NCBI GenBank assembly: GCA_036004805.1
Contig: DASYRB010000014.1
Span: 21,330-85,329, forward strand
Direction: 5' to 3'
From: Candidatus Norongarragalinales archaeon
Lineage (GTDB): Archaea > Micrarchaeota > Micrarchaeia > Norongarragalinales > DASYRB01
Length of the DNA stretch: 64,000 nt
Made by a program: the position numbers and the translations under genes. This document shows positions 25,218 through 34,573 of this stretch, one piece after another. The notes under the pieces were generated by a model. It did no database searches and had not been told where the DNA came from. It saw only the letters and a program-made list of their open reading frames with translations. Numbering within the stretch: the first letter of the stretch is position 1; every line of letters starts with the position of its first letter.

Positions 25218-25822
25218 AGACACTACTCGTTTCCATCGCCGTGTTCTTGGCATTGGGAAGCGCGCTCGCGCTGGGATATTTTTCTTTCCCTTCCAAAACA
25301 CAAGCTACTTTCTACGCCGCAGGCATCGGCGAGAACGGACAAGGCGTGCTCGTGCCGTACGTTTTGGAACTCAAGCCGGGAACAGGAAAAATTTTGGTGG
25401 ACGTGAAAGACACGACTTACGGCGAGGACGTCGAGACCTCACTGCGCCTCGCGCGGCTCGGTGCTGAAAATTATTTGGGAGTCTCGCTCGAGAATTACGA
25501 TATTTCCGTCGATTTTCCGCACAGACAACAAATAGTACAGGGCGGCAGCGCTGGCGCCGCATTCACGGTTTCCATTATTGCTTCTTATTTGAAGAGGCCG
25601 ATGCGCACTGACACCGCGATCAGCGCGACTCTGAAAACGGAGGAGGAAGTTGGTCCGGTCGACGGCATTGAAGAAAAAATTATCGCAGCGAGCGAGAACG
25701 GACGCAAAACTTTCCTGATCGCTGCCGACCAGCCCGTGCAGCACGAACAACAATTGAAAACAGTTTCGAACATCGTGCGCATCAAAACCATCAAGGACGC
25801 CGTCGATTTGTTGATCGCTTGA
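25214..25822 (+). CDS. Signal-anchored Lon-type (S16) protease-domain protein (tandem paralogue)
   Basis: A 4-nt overlap with the upstream gene. N-terminal TM. The core is QGGSAGAAFTVSIIASYL...VGPVDGIEEKIIAASENG. Confidence 0.7.
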   Translation: MKTLLVSIAVFLALGSALALGYFSFPSKTQATFYAAGIGENGQGVLVPYVLELKPGTGKILVDVKDTTYGEDVETSLRLARLGAENYLGVSLENYDISVDFPHRQQIVQGGSAGAAFTVSIIASYLKRPMRTDTAISATLKTEEEVGPVDGIEEKIIAASENGRKTFLIAADQPVQHEQQLKTVSNIVRIKTIKDAVDLLIA

Positions 25823-25832
25823 AAAAGTAAAG

Positions 25833-25917
25833 CGCGGGGGGCGGGATTCGAACCCGCGCGCAGCTTTCGCCACTCCAGCTTAGCAGGCTGGCGCCATAGC
25901 CACTAGGCGACCCCCGC
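25833..25917 (-). tRNA. tRNA-Ser (anticodon GCU)
   Basis: The reverse complement folds with acceptor GCGGGGG/CCCCCGC, anticodon stem CCAGC/GCTGG with loop CTGCTAA, a long variable arm, T-arm GCGGGTTCGAATCCCGC, and discriminator G. Confidence 0.95.
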
Positions 25918-26068
25918 CCAGACATCTTCGAGAAAAACAGTTTTTTGCTGAAAGATTTTTGGGTTTTGAGCGCTATTAATAGGTTCAGTGGAGTGAAAAA
26001 AATCCGTAATTTACCTAACGGGAAGCGGATTTGTTTTTTTGTTGAAACCCAAGAAGAATTTGCCAAGA

Positions 26069-29000
26069 ATGCCGGGCGCCAATTTTTTGCTGCTAGTGCT
26101 AACCGCCGCGATCCTTGTCGTTCTGCTGTTGCAGCTCGACCGCGGTCCCGTGACTATTACGGAAAATTCTGTTAACAACACGTACGCGAGCGCGGTCGGT
26201 TTCGGCATCAAGAACCCTTCAGTGATCAGTTTTTTGGATTGGAACAGCCGTCCGCTTGACGACGTCGTCGACCAACAATCGATGCCGGACGGCGTGCTGC
26301 GGGCTTCTTTCAGTGTGGACAATAGCACGTTGCGAAGCATTGACTTTTTCGGCCTCGACACTCAGTCGAGAAGCAACGTCGTGAGGGTTGACGAGATCGA
26401 TCCTTCGCTTTTTCCGAAGCATGATTTCTTGAGGGTTTTCGCGATCGACCCGACCAGCGCGAGTTTCGAAAAAGCGAAAGTCACGGTGAAGGCGAAGGGC
26501 TCGACGCTTTACAAGTGCAAGGACTGGGATTTCGGCGCGCGTTCGTGCAGGGGTACTTGGGAATTGTTCCGCAGCGATCTGGTTCCTGGCCAGGAGTATT
26601 CTTTCTTCATGACTCCCAACGATCCCGGTTTTGGTGAGGGCGCGGGAACGTTCACGCTCGTGAACATTACTGTGGATGGAGTTTTCAGTGATTGGGACCC
26701 AGTGCTCGCGAACCCGCGCAACGTGATCACGGACGGTCTTAGCGGAGTGAACGATCCCGACAACGTGACTATCCAGAGCGCCGACCGCGACTTGTTGTTG
26801 TTCGCGGTGACTTGGAACGCTTCGCACATTTTCTTCTACTTCAAACGCGCAGCGGTCGGGCAGAACCAAATACCGTTGCTCGTGTACATCGACAAGAACA
26901 CCGATGGGTTCTTGAACTCGACCGACCCGGTGGCGAGGTTCTTGTGGTTCGGCAGCAACGCGCAGTTCGACAGTTACAACCACACCTACATCCCGGCGAA
27001 TGCGACCGGCGACGCGTTGACTGGCGACGGCTTCGCCGAGCCGGGAACCATCAACGCCGGGACATCGCGAGAATCCAACATCGTGGGTTCGGACACGAGC
27101 GGCATCATTCTTGAAACGAGAATGCTATGGACCGACCTGGGTCTCTCGTCGGGACAGCCGTTGAAGTTCCACGTCTCGAGCGCCAGGGGCGCTGGAACCA
27201 ACCTCCCATCATCCGTCGAGGACAACTTGCAAGGCACCGACACGGTGATCACGGCGGTGTCTATAGTGCCGAACAACACGGGCGGCGGCAGGAACGGAAC
27301 CACGGTGCAGTTCAACCACACCGTGACGAACCTCGGCACGAGTAACGACACGGTAAACATCTATCTGAACTCTTCGCAGAACTTCACGCTGCGCGCCAAC
27401 TATTCCAACGGCACCGCGCTCTCGGACACGAACGGCGACACCGTGATGGACGTTGGACGCCTGCAGCCAGACGCGAACGCGAACATCACGGTTTACGTCA
27501 CCATACCCGTCAACGCCGCTTCTGGAACGAGCGACAACGTCACGGTCAACGCGACCTCCAGCGTCAACTCTTCGGTCAGCAGCGCCGCACTCGACTCCCT
27601 GACGGTTGGAGACATCAACATCGTGCCTTCACGCGCCGGATCGATAATCAACAACACGGTGCTCTCGTTCAACCACACGATCACGAACCTACAGAGCTTC
27701 TCCGACGTGATCAACGTCAACGCGACGTCCACGCAGGGATGGAACCTCACCCTCGTCTTCGCAAACGGCACCGCACTCACCGACTCGAACAACGACTCGA
27801 CAATCGATGTCGGCAACCTCTCCGCGAGCGCATCCATCAACATCACGCTCAAAATCGCCGTACCCGCGGTCGCTGCAGGAACTACGGACACGCAAACCGT
27901 GCGCATCAATTCGACAATCGACCAAACAGTAACGAACACGGTCCAGGACCACATCACTGTGGCGGCGAAACGAGTCTCGATAGTGGCCAACCAGTCCACC
28001 AGCGCCGGAAAAGGAAGCTCCGTGTTCTACGAACACACGATAACGAACAACTGGAACCAGTCCGACGTGATCGACATCTCCAACCGCTCCACGCTCGGCT
28101 GGACGATCGAACAATTCAACCAACAGAAAACCACGCGCCTCACTGACAGCGATGCGGACACGCTGCAGGACACGGGCGCCATCGCGGGCGGCGGAGGCAC
28201 GTTCGTGTTCTCCGTCAAAGTGCTGGTGCCGAGCAACGCGTCGTCGAACACCACCGACACGGAAATCATCACGATAAACTCGTCCCTTTCCACGAGCGTG
28301 TCGGACACGCTCAACGACACCACCACCGCAGTCATCCTCGCGACGTACAGCGACAGCGCACGCACCAACGCCACGTCACAATTCATCCCGAACGCCACCG
28401 TTTACGCGAAAGCTTGGGGATTGACGAACTCTTCCAACGTGTTCTTCCAATGGATCGATTACAACGGCACGATCCTGCGCACGAGCCCCTCGCAACCGGT
28501 GCTCGCCGACAAGACATCGACGGACGAGCTGGTGCTCGCGAACAACGCGACTCCGGGCAATTACTCAGTGATCGTTTTCGACTCGCAAAAAAACAAGCTG
28601 CTCGAGACCACGGTGTTCTTCGTGCGCGACATCGTGCCGCCCAACATAACGATAACGTCGCCACAGAACGTGTCGTTCAACACCACCAACGTGACGGTCA
28701 CGGCGAATACGAGCGAGAACGTCACCGTCTGCCTCACAAGCGTGGATGGCGGCAGCAACCAGACGATGAGCGGCGGGAACAATTCCTGGACGCTGAACCT
28801 TTCCGGAATCGAGGACGGCCCGCACAACGTGAGGCTCTATTGCAATGACTCTTCCAACAACATCGGCACGAACGTCACGTACTTCTCCGTCAACACGTCC
28901 GCTCCGCAAATACAATTCGCGTCGCCAACAAGCAACGGCACGTTGTCGCAGACATGGATTTTCGCGAACGTCACCGCGAGCGACGGCGACCTGCGCAACA

Positions 29001-31384
29001 TCACAATATTCCTTTACAACGCGTCCGGCGCGCTCGTCAACTCGTCGACCAGCAGCTCTTCGCCGCTGCAAGTGAACTTCACAGGTCTTGCTAGTGGCAC
29101 GTATTATCTCAACGCGACCGCGCGCGACTCGTTCAACAACACGAACGCGACCGAAACGCGCACGATAGTGTTATCACAAGCTCCAGTCGTGAACATCACC
29201 AACCCCTACACCAACACCATCAACCAGTCAAGCATCGTAGCGAACGCGACAGCAAGCCCGACCGCGAGCGTCTGTTTGAGAAGTCTCGATTCGGGTTCGA
29301 ACGTGACAATGAATGGTTCTGGCGCTTCTTGGAGCACGAACCTCGACGGCCTTGCCGACGGCTCACACTCGCTCGTGATTTATTGCAACAGCACGGGAGG
29401 ACAGATCGGCAACAGCTCCGTCTTCTTCACCGTCGACGCTTCATTCCCGCAAATAAGATTCGTCACTCCCACGAGCAATGGCACGCTGACACAGAACTGG
29501 ATTTTTGGAAACGTAACGGCGAACGACACGACGCTACAGACAATAACTCTGAACTTGTTCAACTCGACCGGTTCACGCATCAACTTTACGACGAGCAATT
29601 CTTCGCCCTTGCAGTTCAACTTCACGGGACTCGCGAGCGGCAATTATTCAATCAACGCAACAGCGAACGACTCTGTTGGTCGTTCGAACAGCACCGAGAC
29701 GCGCTTGATCACACTCAACTCTACACTGCCGCTCATCATTTCGACCGCAATCAGTCCCTACGCAGCCGTCAACGGCTCTGCGGTCAACTTGTTCATTTCT
29801 GCCCAGAACTATCTCAGCGTTTTCGCGACGGTCCGCATGCCTAACGGAACGAGCGTTAACGTTTCCTTGACGAACGGCAGCAACACTTCTTTTTCGAACA
29901 CGGTCCTTCTTGGCACGTACAACGTGACTTTTCGCGCTAACGACACTCTGGGCAACGAGTCTACAGCGACCGATTATTTCGAAGCATTCCAAGTGATCAA
30001 TTTCGTGTTCCGCATCACGAACAACACGCTCGTCACCGGAGAAAACTCGAGCTGGACAGCATTTTATCGCGCGCAAGCGATCGCTTCCAACGCGTCAAGC
30101 ATCGGCAGCTTCTCGCACTCGGTCGCGAACGCGCCGGTCGACATCAACCTCAGCGCGTACAACGGGCGGTTGCGCTTGTCGATGAGGAGCGTGAACATGT
30201 CGCAGTGCAACGACACGACCATCGGCATGGACAAGTTGTCGGCGCCAGTTTCCGGACAGCTGCGCACTTACGCGCTCAACACGAGCTGCACCGCGAGCTT
30301 GTTCACGGTTCGGGCGTTCTATGACGACGCCAACTTTTCGAACGAGTCCGCGGTGCGTTTCGACAAGTGCAGCGACTGGAACTTTTCAGGACAATCATGC
30401 AACAACAATTTCTCCGACATTTCCAGCATTTCGACGCAAAACGCTACTGAGCATTCCTTTACTCACGCGAACGCGACGTTGAGCGGTTTCGGCATCAGAG
30501 AGCCGACGCCAACGCCCACTCCGACACCAGCGCCGGGCGGTGGGGGTGGCGGAGGAGGCGGAGCTGGTGGTGGCGGAGGTGGTGGAGCTACGCCTTACCC
30601 GACGGTCGGCGTCACGCCCACACCAACAATCACGGCCACTGCAACACCCGGACCGCTCACGGTGTTTCCGAGAGGAATTCGACTCACGGGACCGGAGACC
30701 GCGTTCCAGGGAGAGTTCATCGAAATTCTTGTGGAAGACCTCCAAGGCAACGCCATTCCTTTCGTTCCGTTCGAAGTAAAGTTCCCGAGCGGCAGGTTGT
30801 TCAGACTAATCTCTGACGACACGGGACACCTGCGCTTCCTTGCGGAAGAATCCGGCATCTACATGATTCGCACGCTGTATTTCGACGCGAGCCTGACGGT
30901 TCGCGTGTATACCAGCGCAGCGCCGGGTCGTCCGGTTTCCGCGCCGAGCATCATTCAAGACATTCCGGTAATTGGCGGCTTTGTCGATTACTGGCTATAC
31001 GCCTTATCGCTCGCCGCAGTAGCGATCGTCGCGATCATGCTGTTCTACGCGAAGAGAAAGAGAACGATGACTCTGTATTTCGACAAGCGACCAGAAAAAA
31101 CCGACAAGATCGGATTGTCTTTGGAAATGCGCCAACACTTCAGAGTCAAGGTCGGTGACAAGGTCTTGTTGAAGCTCAACGGAAGAACCGCTCAAGCCAT
31201 CGTGGAAAGCCCTCCAAGGGAATTGTTCCTCATCGAAACAGAACCTGCAGACATAGAAGCCCACTACGGATCGATAGGAAGCGACATAGTGAAACAGTTG
31301 GGCTTGCGTTTCAACAAGCGCCGCGACACGCAAGGCCACGGCTTCGAACTCTACGAAACGAAAGTGCCACTCCAAGTAGAATAG
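26069..31384 (+). CDS. Giant (~1770 aa) N- and C-terminally anchored surface protein with a cytoplasmic AbrB/SpoVT-like tail
   Basis: The ORF is uninterrupted. ATG 26069 (MPGANFLLLVLTAAIL) is preferred over the TTG at 26039. After the N-terminal TM come many Ig/CARDB-like repeats (VTNLGTSNDTVNI, ITNLQSFSDVINV, ITNNWNQSDVIDI) that are extremely rich in NxS/T sequons. A PT-repeat plus poly-Gly linker sits at ~30510-30600. A C-terminal TM (YWLYALSLAAVAIVAIMLFY) is followed by a 105-aa tail. Confidence 0.85.
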   Translation: MPGANFLLLVLTAAILVVLLLQLDRGPVTITENSVNNTYASAVGFGIKNPSVISFLDWNSRPLDDVVDQQSMPDGVLRASFSVDNSTLRSIDFFGLDTQSRSNVVRVDEIDPSLFPKHDFLRVFAIDPTSASFEKAKVTVKAKGSTLYKCKDWDFGARSCRGTWELFRSDLVPGQEYSFFMTPNDPGFGEGAGTFTLVNITVDGVFSDWDPVLANPRNVITDGLSGVNDPDNVTIQSADRDLLLFAVTWNASHIFFYFKRAAVGQNQIPLLVYIDKNTDGFLNSTDPVARFLWFGSNAQFDSYNHTYIPANATGDALTGDGFAEPGTINAGTSRESNIVGSDTSGIILETRMLWTDLGLSSGQPLKFHVSSARGAGTNLPSSVEDNLQGTDTVITAVSIVPNNTGGGRNGTTVQFNHTVTNLGTSNDTVNIYLNSSQNFTLRANYSNGTALSDTNGDTVMDVGRLQPDANANITVYVTIPVNAASGTSDNVTVNATSSVNSSVSSAALDSLTVGDINIVPSRAGSIINNTVLSFNHTITNLQSFSDVINVNATSTQGWNLTLVFANGTALTDSNNDSTIDVGNLSASASINITLKIAVPAVAAGTTDTQTVRINSTIDQTVTNTVQDHITVAAKRVSIVANQSTSAGKGSSVFYEHTITNNWNQSDVIDISNRSTLGWTIEQFNQQKTTRLTDSDADTLQDTGAIAGGGGTFVFSVKVLVPSNASSNTTDTEIITINSSLSTSVSDTLNDTTTAVILATYSDSARTNATSQFIPNATVYAKAWGLTNSSNVFFQWIDYNGTILRTSPSQPVLADKTSTDELVLANNATPGNYSVIVFDSQKNKLLETTVFFVRDIVPPNITITSPQNVSFNTTNVTVTANTSENVTVCLTSVDGGSNQTMSGGNNSWTLNLSGIEDGPHNVRLYCNDSSNNIGTNVTYFSVNTSAPQIQFASPTSNGTLSQTWIFANVTASDGDLRNITIFLYNASGALVNSSTSSSSPLQVNFTGLASGTYYLNATARDSFNNTNATETRTIVLSQAPVVNITNPYTNTINQSSIVANATASPTASVCLRSLDSGSNVTMNGSGASWSTNLDGLADGSHSLVIYCNSTGGQIGNSSVFFTVDASFPQIRFVTPTSNGTLTQNWIFGNVTANDTTLQTITLNLFNSTGSRINFTTSNSSPLQFNFTGLASGNYSINATANDSVGRSNSTETRLITLNSTLPLIISTAISPYAAVNGSAVNLFISAQNYLSVFATVRMPNGTSVNVSLTNGSNTSFSNTVLLGTYNVTFRANDTLGNESTATDYFEAFQVINFVFRITNNTLVTGENSSWTAFYRAQAIASNASSIGSFSHSVANAPVDINLSAYNGRLRLSMRSVNMSQCNDTTIGMDKLSAPVSGQLRTYALNTSCTASLFTVRAFYDDANFSNESAVRFDKCSDWNFSGQSCNNNFSDISSISTQNATEHSFTHANATLSGFGIREPTPTPTPTPAPGGGGGGGGGAGGGGGGGATPYPTVGVTPTPTITATATPGPLTVFPRGIRLTGPETAFQGEFIEILVEDLQGNAIPFVPFEVKFPSGRLFRLISDDTGHLRFLAEESGIYMIRTLYFDASLTVRVYTSAAPGRPVSAPSIIQDIPVIGGFVDYWLYALSLAAVAIVAIMLFYAKRKRTMTLYFDKRPEKTDKIGLSLEMRQHFRVKVGDKVLLKLNGRTAQAIVESPPRELFLIETEPADIEAHYGSIGSDIVKQLGLRFNKRRDTQGHGFELYETKVPLQVE
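28643..29740 (+). repeat. Tandem duplication of a ~180-aa two-domain module inside the giant gene
   Basis: Unit 1 (ITITSPQNVSFNTTNVTV...SAPQIQFASPTSNGTLSQTWIFANVTA...ETRTIVL) and unit 2 (VVNITNPYTNTINQSSIV...SFPQIRFVTPTSNGTLTQNWIFGNVTA...ETRLITL) align colinearly, with about half or more residues identical by eye. Confidence 0.6.
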
Positions 31385-31463
31385 CAACAAAAAAAAAAAA
31401 GAAAAGCCAATTGACGATTGGCGCTCGTTTAATACCCGAAAAAGCCTCAAAAGTTGAATCCAA

Positions 31464-32870
31464 ATGACCAAGAAAAATCCCAAGATCTCTCCCGAAGCCA
31501 AGCGCACCATGAACGCCAGCATCGCGGAGGGAAGTGCTTGGGGTGCGATGAACGGCTTTGCTGAAAACTTCGTCACGCCATTCGCCCTCGCGCTAGGAGC
31601 AAGCAACGCGATCATTGGAATCATAGCCGCGATGAGGCAGCTCATCGGCAGCGCCGTGCAAGAGTTGGGCGCGACTCTCGTCGAGCGCTCGGGCTCCCGC
31701 AAGCCACTGCTCGTCTGGGGCACGTCACTGCAATCCGCGATCTGGTTGTTGATAGCTGCGATTCCTTTCTTCATCGGCGACAGCGGCTTGTGGCAATACG
31801 CACTCTTGATACTGATCTTGGTTTACGTTTTTCTGAACTCGATAAGCACGCCCGCCTGGGCAAGCCTCTTGGGAGACGTGGTTCCTGAACACGAACGAGG
31901 AAGGTTCTTCGGCAGGCGCGAAAAAATAGTGGGCTTCGTCGCACTCACTGCCGGAGTACTTGGTGGCTGGTGGCTCAACCTCTTCGACACGAAAAGCGTG
32001 TTGGTGGGTTTTGCGGGCTTGTTTTTCGCTGCCTTCGTCTGTGGACAATTGCAAGCGTTCTTTTTCACGAGGCACCACGAGCCCAAGTTTTCGAAAAACG
32101 GCAAAAAGACGGACGGCTTGTTGAAATTCCTCAAGAACACCGAAAACAATCCGCTCGGTACTTTGGTTTCTTACAGCGCGCTCTACCAGTTCGCCGTAAA
32201 CATTGCAGGACCTTTCTTCGTCGTCTACATGCTGAAAGACCTTGGTTTCAGTTATCAACAGTTCGCCGTGATCCACGCGCTCAACATCCTCGCCACAATC
32301 GTCACGATGCCTTACTGGGGCGTCCTCTTAGACCGTTATGGCTCGAGGCGAGTGATCCAAGCCACGGGTCTTCTCACCGCGTTCGTTCCACTCGTTTGGC
32401 TCTTGAACAACAACCCCGCATGGATCGCGGTGGCGGAAATCTACAGCGGAGTGGTCTGGGCCGGACTCAACCTCGCGACGAACTCTTACGTGCTCGCCTC
32501 GACGACGCCTGAAAAGAGGCCGCGTTACGTCGCGCATTTCAACTTCGTTAACGGCATGGGAGTTTTCTTCGGCGCGCTGGCCGGCGGACTTCTCGCTACG
32601 AGTGTTGAGGGCATGCATCTCTTGTCCGTGCAAGGCCTCGCAGCGGTATTGCTCGTTTCGGGAATTGCTCGCTTGGTTGTTTACATCACGATGATCGCTA
32701 AAGTCAAGAAGCCGGGAGACCACTACATACCGATCGGAGAAACGATCTTCTTCACAAGACTCATCACGACGTATCCGGTAAAGGGTTTGCAGCACGGCAT
32801 TTACAGTTCCATAACGTCATTGAGGCACTTGGAGAAGAAAGCGGAAAGAAAAATCCTAGGCTGGGTATAG
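31464..32870 (+). CDS. MFS transporter
   Basis: 468 aa with about 12 hydrophobic segments and an MFS-like loop GRFFGRREK between TM2 and TM3. Confidence 0.8.
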   Translation: MTKKNPKISPEAKRTMNASIAEGSAWGAMNGFAENFVTPFALALGASNAIIGIIAAMRQLIGSAVQELGATLVERSGSRKPLLVWGTSLQSAIWLLIAAIPFFIGDSGLWQYALLILILVYVFLNSISTPAWASLLGDVVPEHERGRFFGRREKIVGFVALTAGVLGGWWLNLFDTKSVLVGFAGLFFAAFVCGQLQAFFFTRHHEPKFSKNGKKTDGLLKFLKNTENNPLGTLVSYSALYQFAVNIAGPFFVVYMLKDLGFSYQQFAVIHALNILATIVTMPYWGVLLDRYGSRRVIQATGLLTAFVPLVWLLNNNPAWIAVAEIYSGVVWAGLNLATNSYVLASTTPEKRPRYVAHFNFVNGMGVFFGALAGGLLATSVEGMHLLSVQGLAAVLLVSGIARLVVYITMIAKVKKPGDHYIPIGETIFFTRLITTYPVKGLQHGIYSSITSLRHLEKKAERKILGWV

Positions 32871-32886
32871 AAAAAATATAGAGATT

Positions 32887-33261
32887 TTATTGTTTTTCTG
32901 AATGCCAGTATTCTCTTAAAGACCTGATTTTGCTTCCTTGAAATTCGAGGATGGCAACTTCAACGATGTGGATTCTTGCCTTTTTCTTGTTGCTGTAAAA
33001 GCTTGCGTCCCATTCTGCAAGAACAGTGTCTTTGTCGATCCAAAAGTGCAGGAGTTTGAATTTGATGTCGGATTGTTCTTCAACAACCTTACTTTGCCAA
33101 TATTGTTTAATCGCTTTGTGTCCAGTGAATGGTCTTTCAAAAGCGTTCTCGCGATAGCTCGCATTTTTTATGAAAATCGTGAGTATTTTTTCAGGATCTT
33201 GTTCGATCCACGCCTTTTCATAAACTTTCAAGGCATTTTTTACCGTATTTTTACTTACCAT
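32887..33261 (-). CDS. NTF2/SnoaL-like fold protein
   Basis: 124 aa. The pattern ALKVYEKAW...DPEKILTIF..NASYREN...F.GH.AI..YW....E..D..F......D.DTVLAEW fits SnoaL/NTF2-like proteins. The gene is visibly more AT-rich than its neighbours. Confidence 0.6.
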   Translation of the reverse strand: MVSKNTVKNALKVYEKAWIEQDPEKILTIFIKNASYRENAFERPFTGHKAIKQYWQSKVVEEQSDIKFKLLHFWIDKDTVLAEWDASFYSNKKKARIHIVEVAILEFQGSKIRSLREYWHSEKQ

Positions 33262-33278
33262 GATTTGATTTACCAGTT

Positions 33279-34511
33279 TCAGTTTTTGAGCAATTGTTCA
33301 ACCGCCACGGTCGCATAAGCTCCCGATGGCAGTGAAAAGCGTATCGTGGAAGGCGCGTCTTTTACGGTGTGGAATTCTTTCAACGGCACGAACAACGCAC
33401 GCGTTCCACCCTTGCTTGCAAGCTCGGGCATGCCCTCGAGCTTGAATTGTTTCAGGTCGATCTTTTCTTTTTTCAGCAACGCTTTCTCTTGCGAGTTGGG
33501 CTTGCTCTCGCTTCCCAAAATCGTTCCGGCAAGGAATGCTTTGCCTTCGATGATTTTCTTCGAAACGCTCGCAGCGGCCTTCGCGTTCTTCACCACTTCG
33601 ACTTCCTCGACGTCGGGGAAGCCCGCGTGGTTCTGGTAGCAATAGTGGTCTCCTTTCTGTGCCGTGAAGAGCTTGCCGCTTTTTTCTCTCTCAGCGAGCA
33701 GCTTGTTGAACAAGAAAGACTGGTAAGAATGCACGAACATCAGCTGGAGCGTGCGTGGTAGTTTTCGGAACGCGCCGATGTAGTCTTTCGTGTAGACGTT
33801 CAGGTGCGCAATTATCTGCCGCTCGTACTTCAAGTAGTGCGGGAAATAGTCGAGTGCTTTGGCGAATCCTTTGTCCTTATCGAGGTCTTTCTCTAACTTC
33901 AAACGCGCTTCGCGAGACGCGCTTTCTTCGTTCTCGTCCGTGTATGTGAGAAAATTGAGCACGGCTTCCTTGAATTTTCCTTGCAGCATCAGCTTGCCGA
34001 TGTGGTGGTTGTTTTGTCGCAGCGAGCCGAAGCGTTGTTCTCCGAAATAGTTCGGCACTAAGCCGTTCATCTCTTCCGCACGCTCTTCCAAATCGTGAAC
34101 GTCGACGGCTTGCCCGCAATTGCGAGGCAAAAGCGTTATTGTGAACCGGTTGCCTGCGAGGTCGCCGAGGCGTACTTTGTCGCTGGCGTTCCAAGCTCCC
34201 AGAATCATTACGTCCTTGACCTTTGCACCGAGCACGCGCGTTGGATGCACGGCGAAAACGCTGCACAATTGCACGGTGGTCGCGTTACGGTCTTTCGTTC
34301 CGGCAAAGTTGAATCTGCTTTGAGGAACGTGTAGCGCGTGTCCGATGGCTTCCAGCGCTTGATGCGTATTCCATGAGCGTTTTTGCATGACGAAGTGCGT
34401 GAACTTGCCGGGCTTGTCTTCGCGCTTGAAGGGCTTGTCCAGTTCCAAAATAGTGCCGTCGCTGAGTATTTCCTCGACGAGGAATTCTTCAGGTTGGAAA
34501 GTAAATCGCAT
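33279..34511 (-). CDS. truD: tRNA pseudouridine synthase D (TruD/Pus7)
   Basis: 410 aa with the catalytic-Asp motif FAGTKDRNATTVQ and the NYFGEQRFG motif. Confidence 0.9.
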   Translation of the reverse strand: MRFTFQPEEFLVEEILSDGTILELDKPFKREDKPGKFTHFVMQKRSWNTHQALEAIGHALHVPQSRFNFAGTKDRNATTVQLCSVFAVHPTRVLGAKVKDVMILGAWNASDKVRLGDLAGNRFTITLLPRNCGQAVDVHDLEERAEEMNGLVPNYFGEQRFGSLRQNNHHIGKLMLQGKFKEAVLNFLTYTDENEESASREARLKLEKDLDKDKGFAKALDYFPHYLKYERQIIAHLNVYTKDYIGAFRKLPRTLQLMFVHSYQSFLFNKLLAEREKSGKLFTAQKGDHYCYQNHAGFPDVEEVEVVKNAKAAASVSKKIIEGKAFLAGTILGSESKPNSQEKALLKKEKIDLKQFKLEGMPELASKGGTRALFVPLKEFHTVKDAPSTIRFSLPSGAYATVAVEQLLKN

Positions 34512-34573
34512 CGCTTTGAGGAAGGTTTTCGAGCGATTTAAATAGTCGCCAACACCTCGAGTATTTCAGAAAC

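Noticed and set aside
26219-31774. Numerous antisense or off-frame ORFs within the 1771-aa gene, for example 26219-26983(-), 27493-27999(-), 28565-29071(-), 29648-30076(-) and 31004-31774(-)
   Set aside because: They are nested in a single uninterrupted 5.3-kb frame with a coherent domain-repeat structure. Their own translations are Arg/Val/Asp-rich with no repeats.
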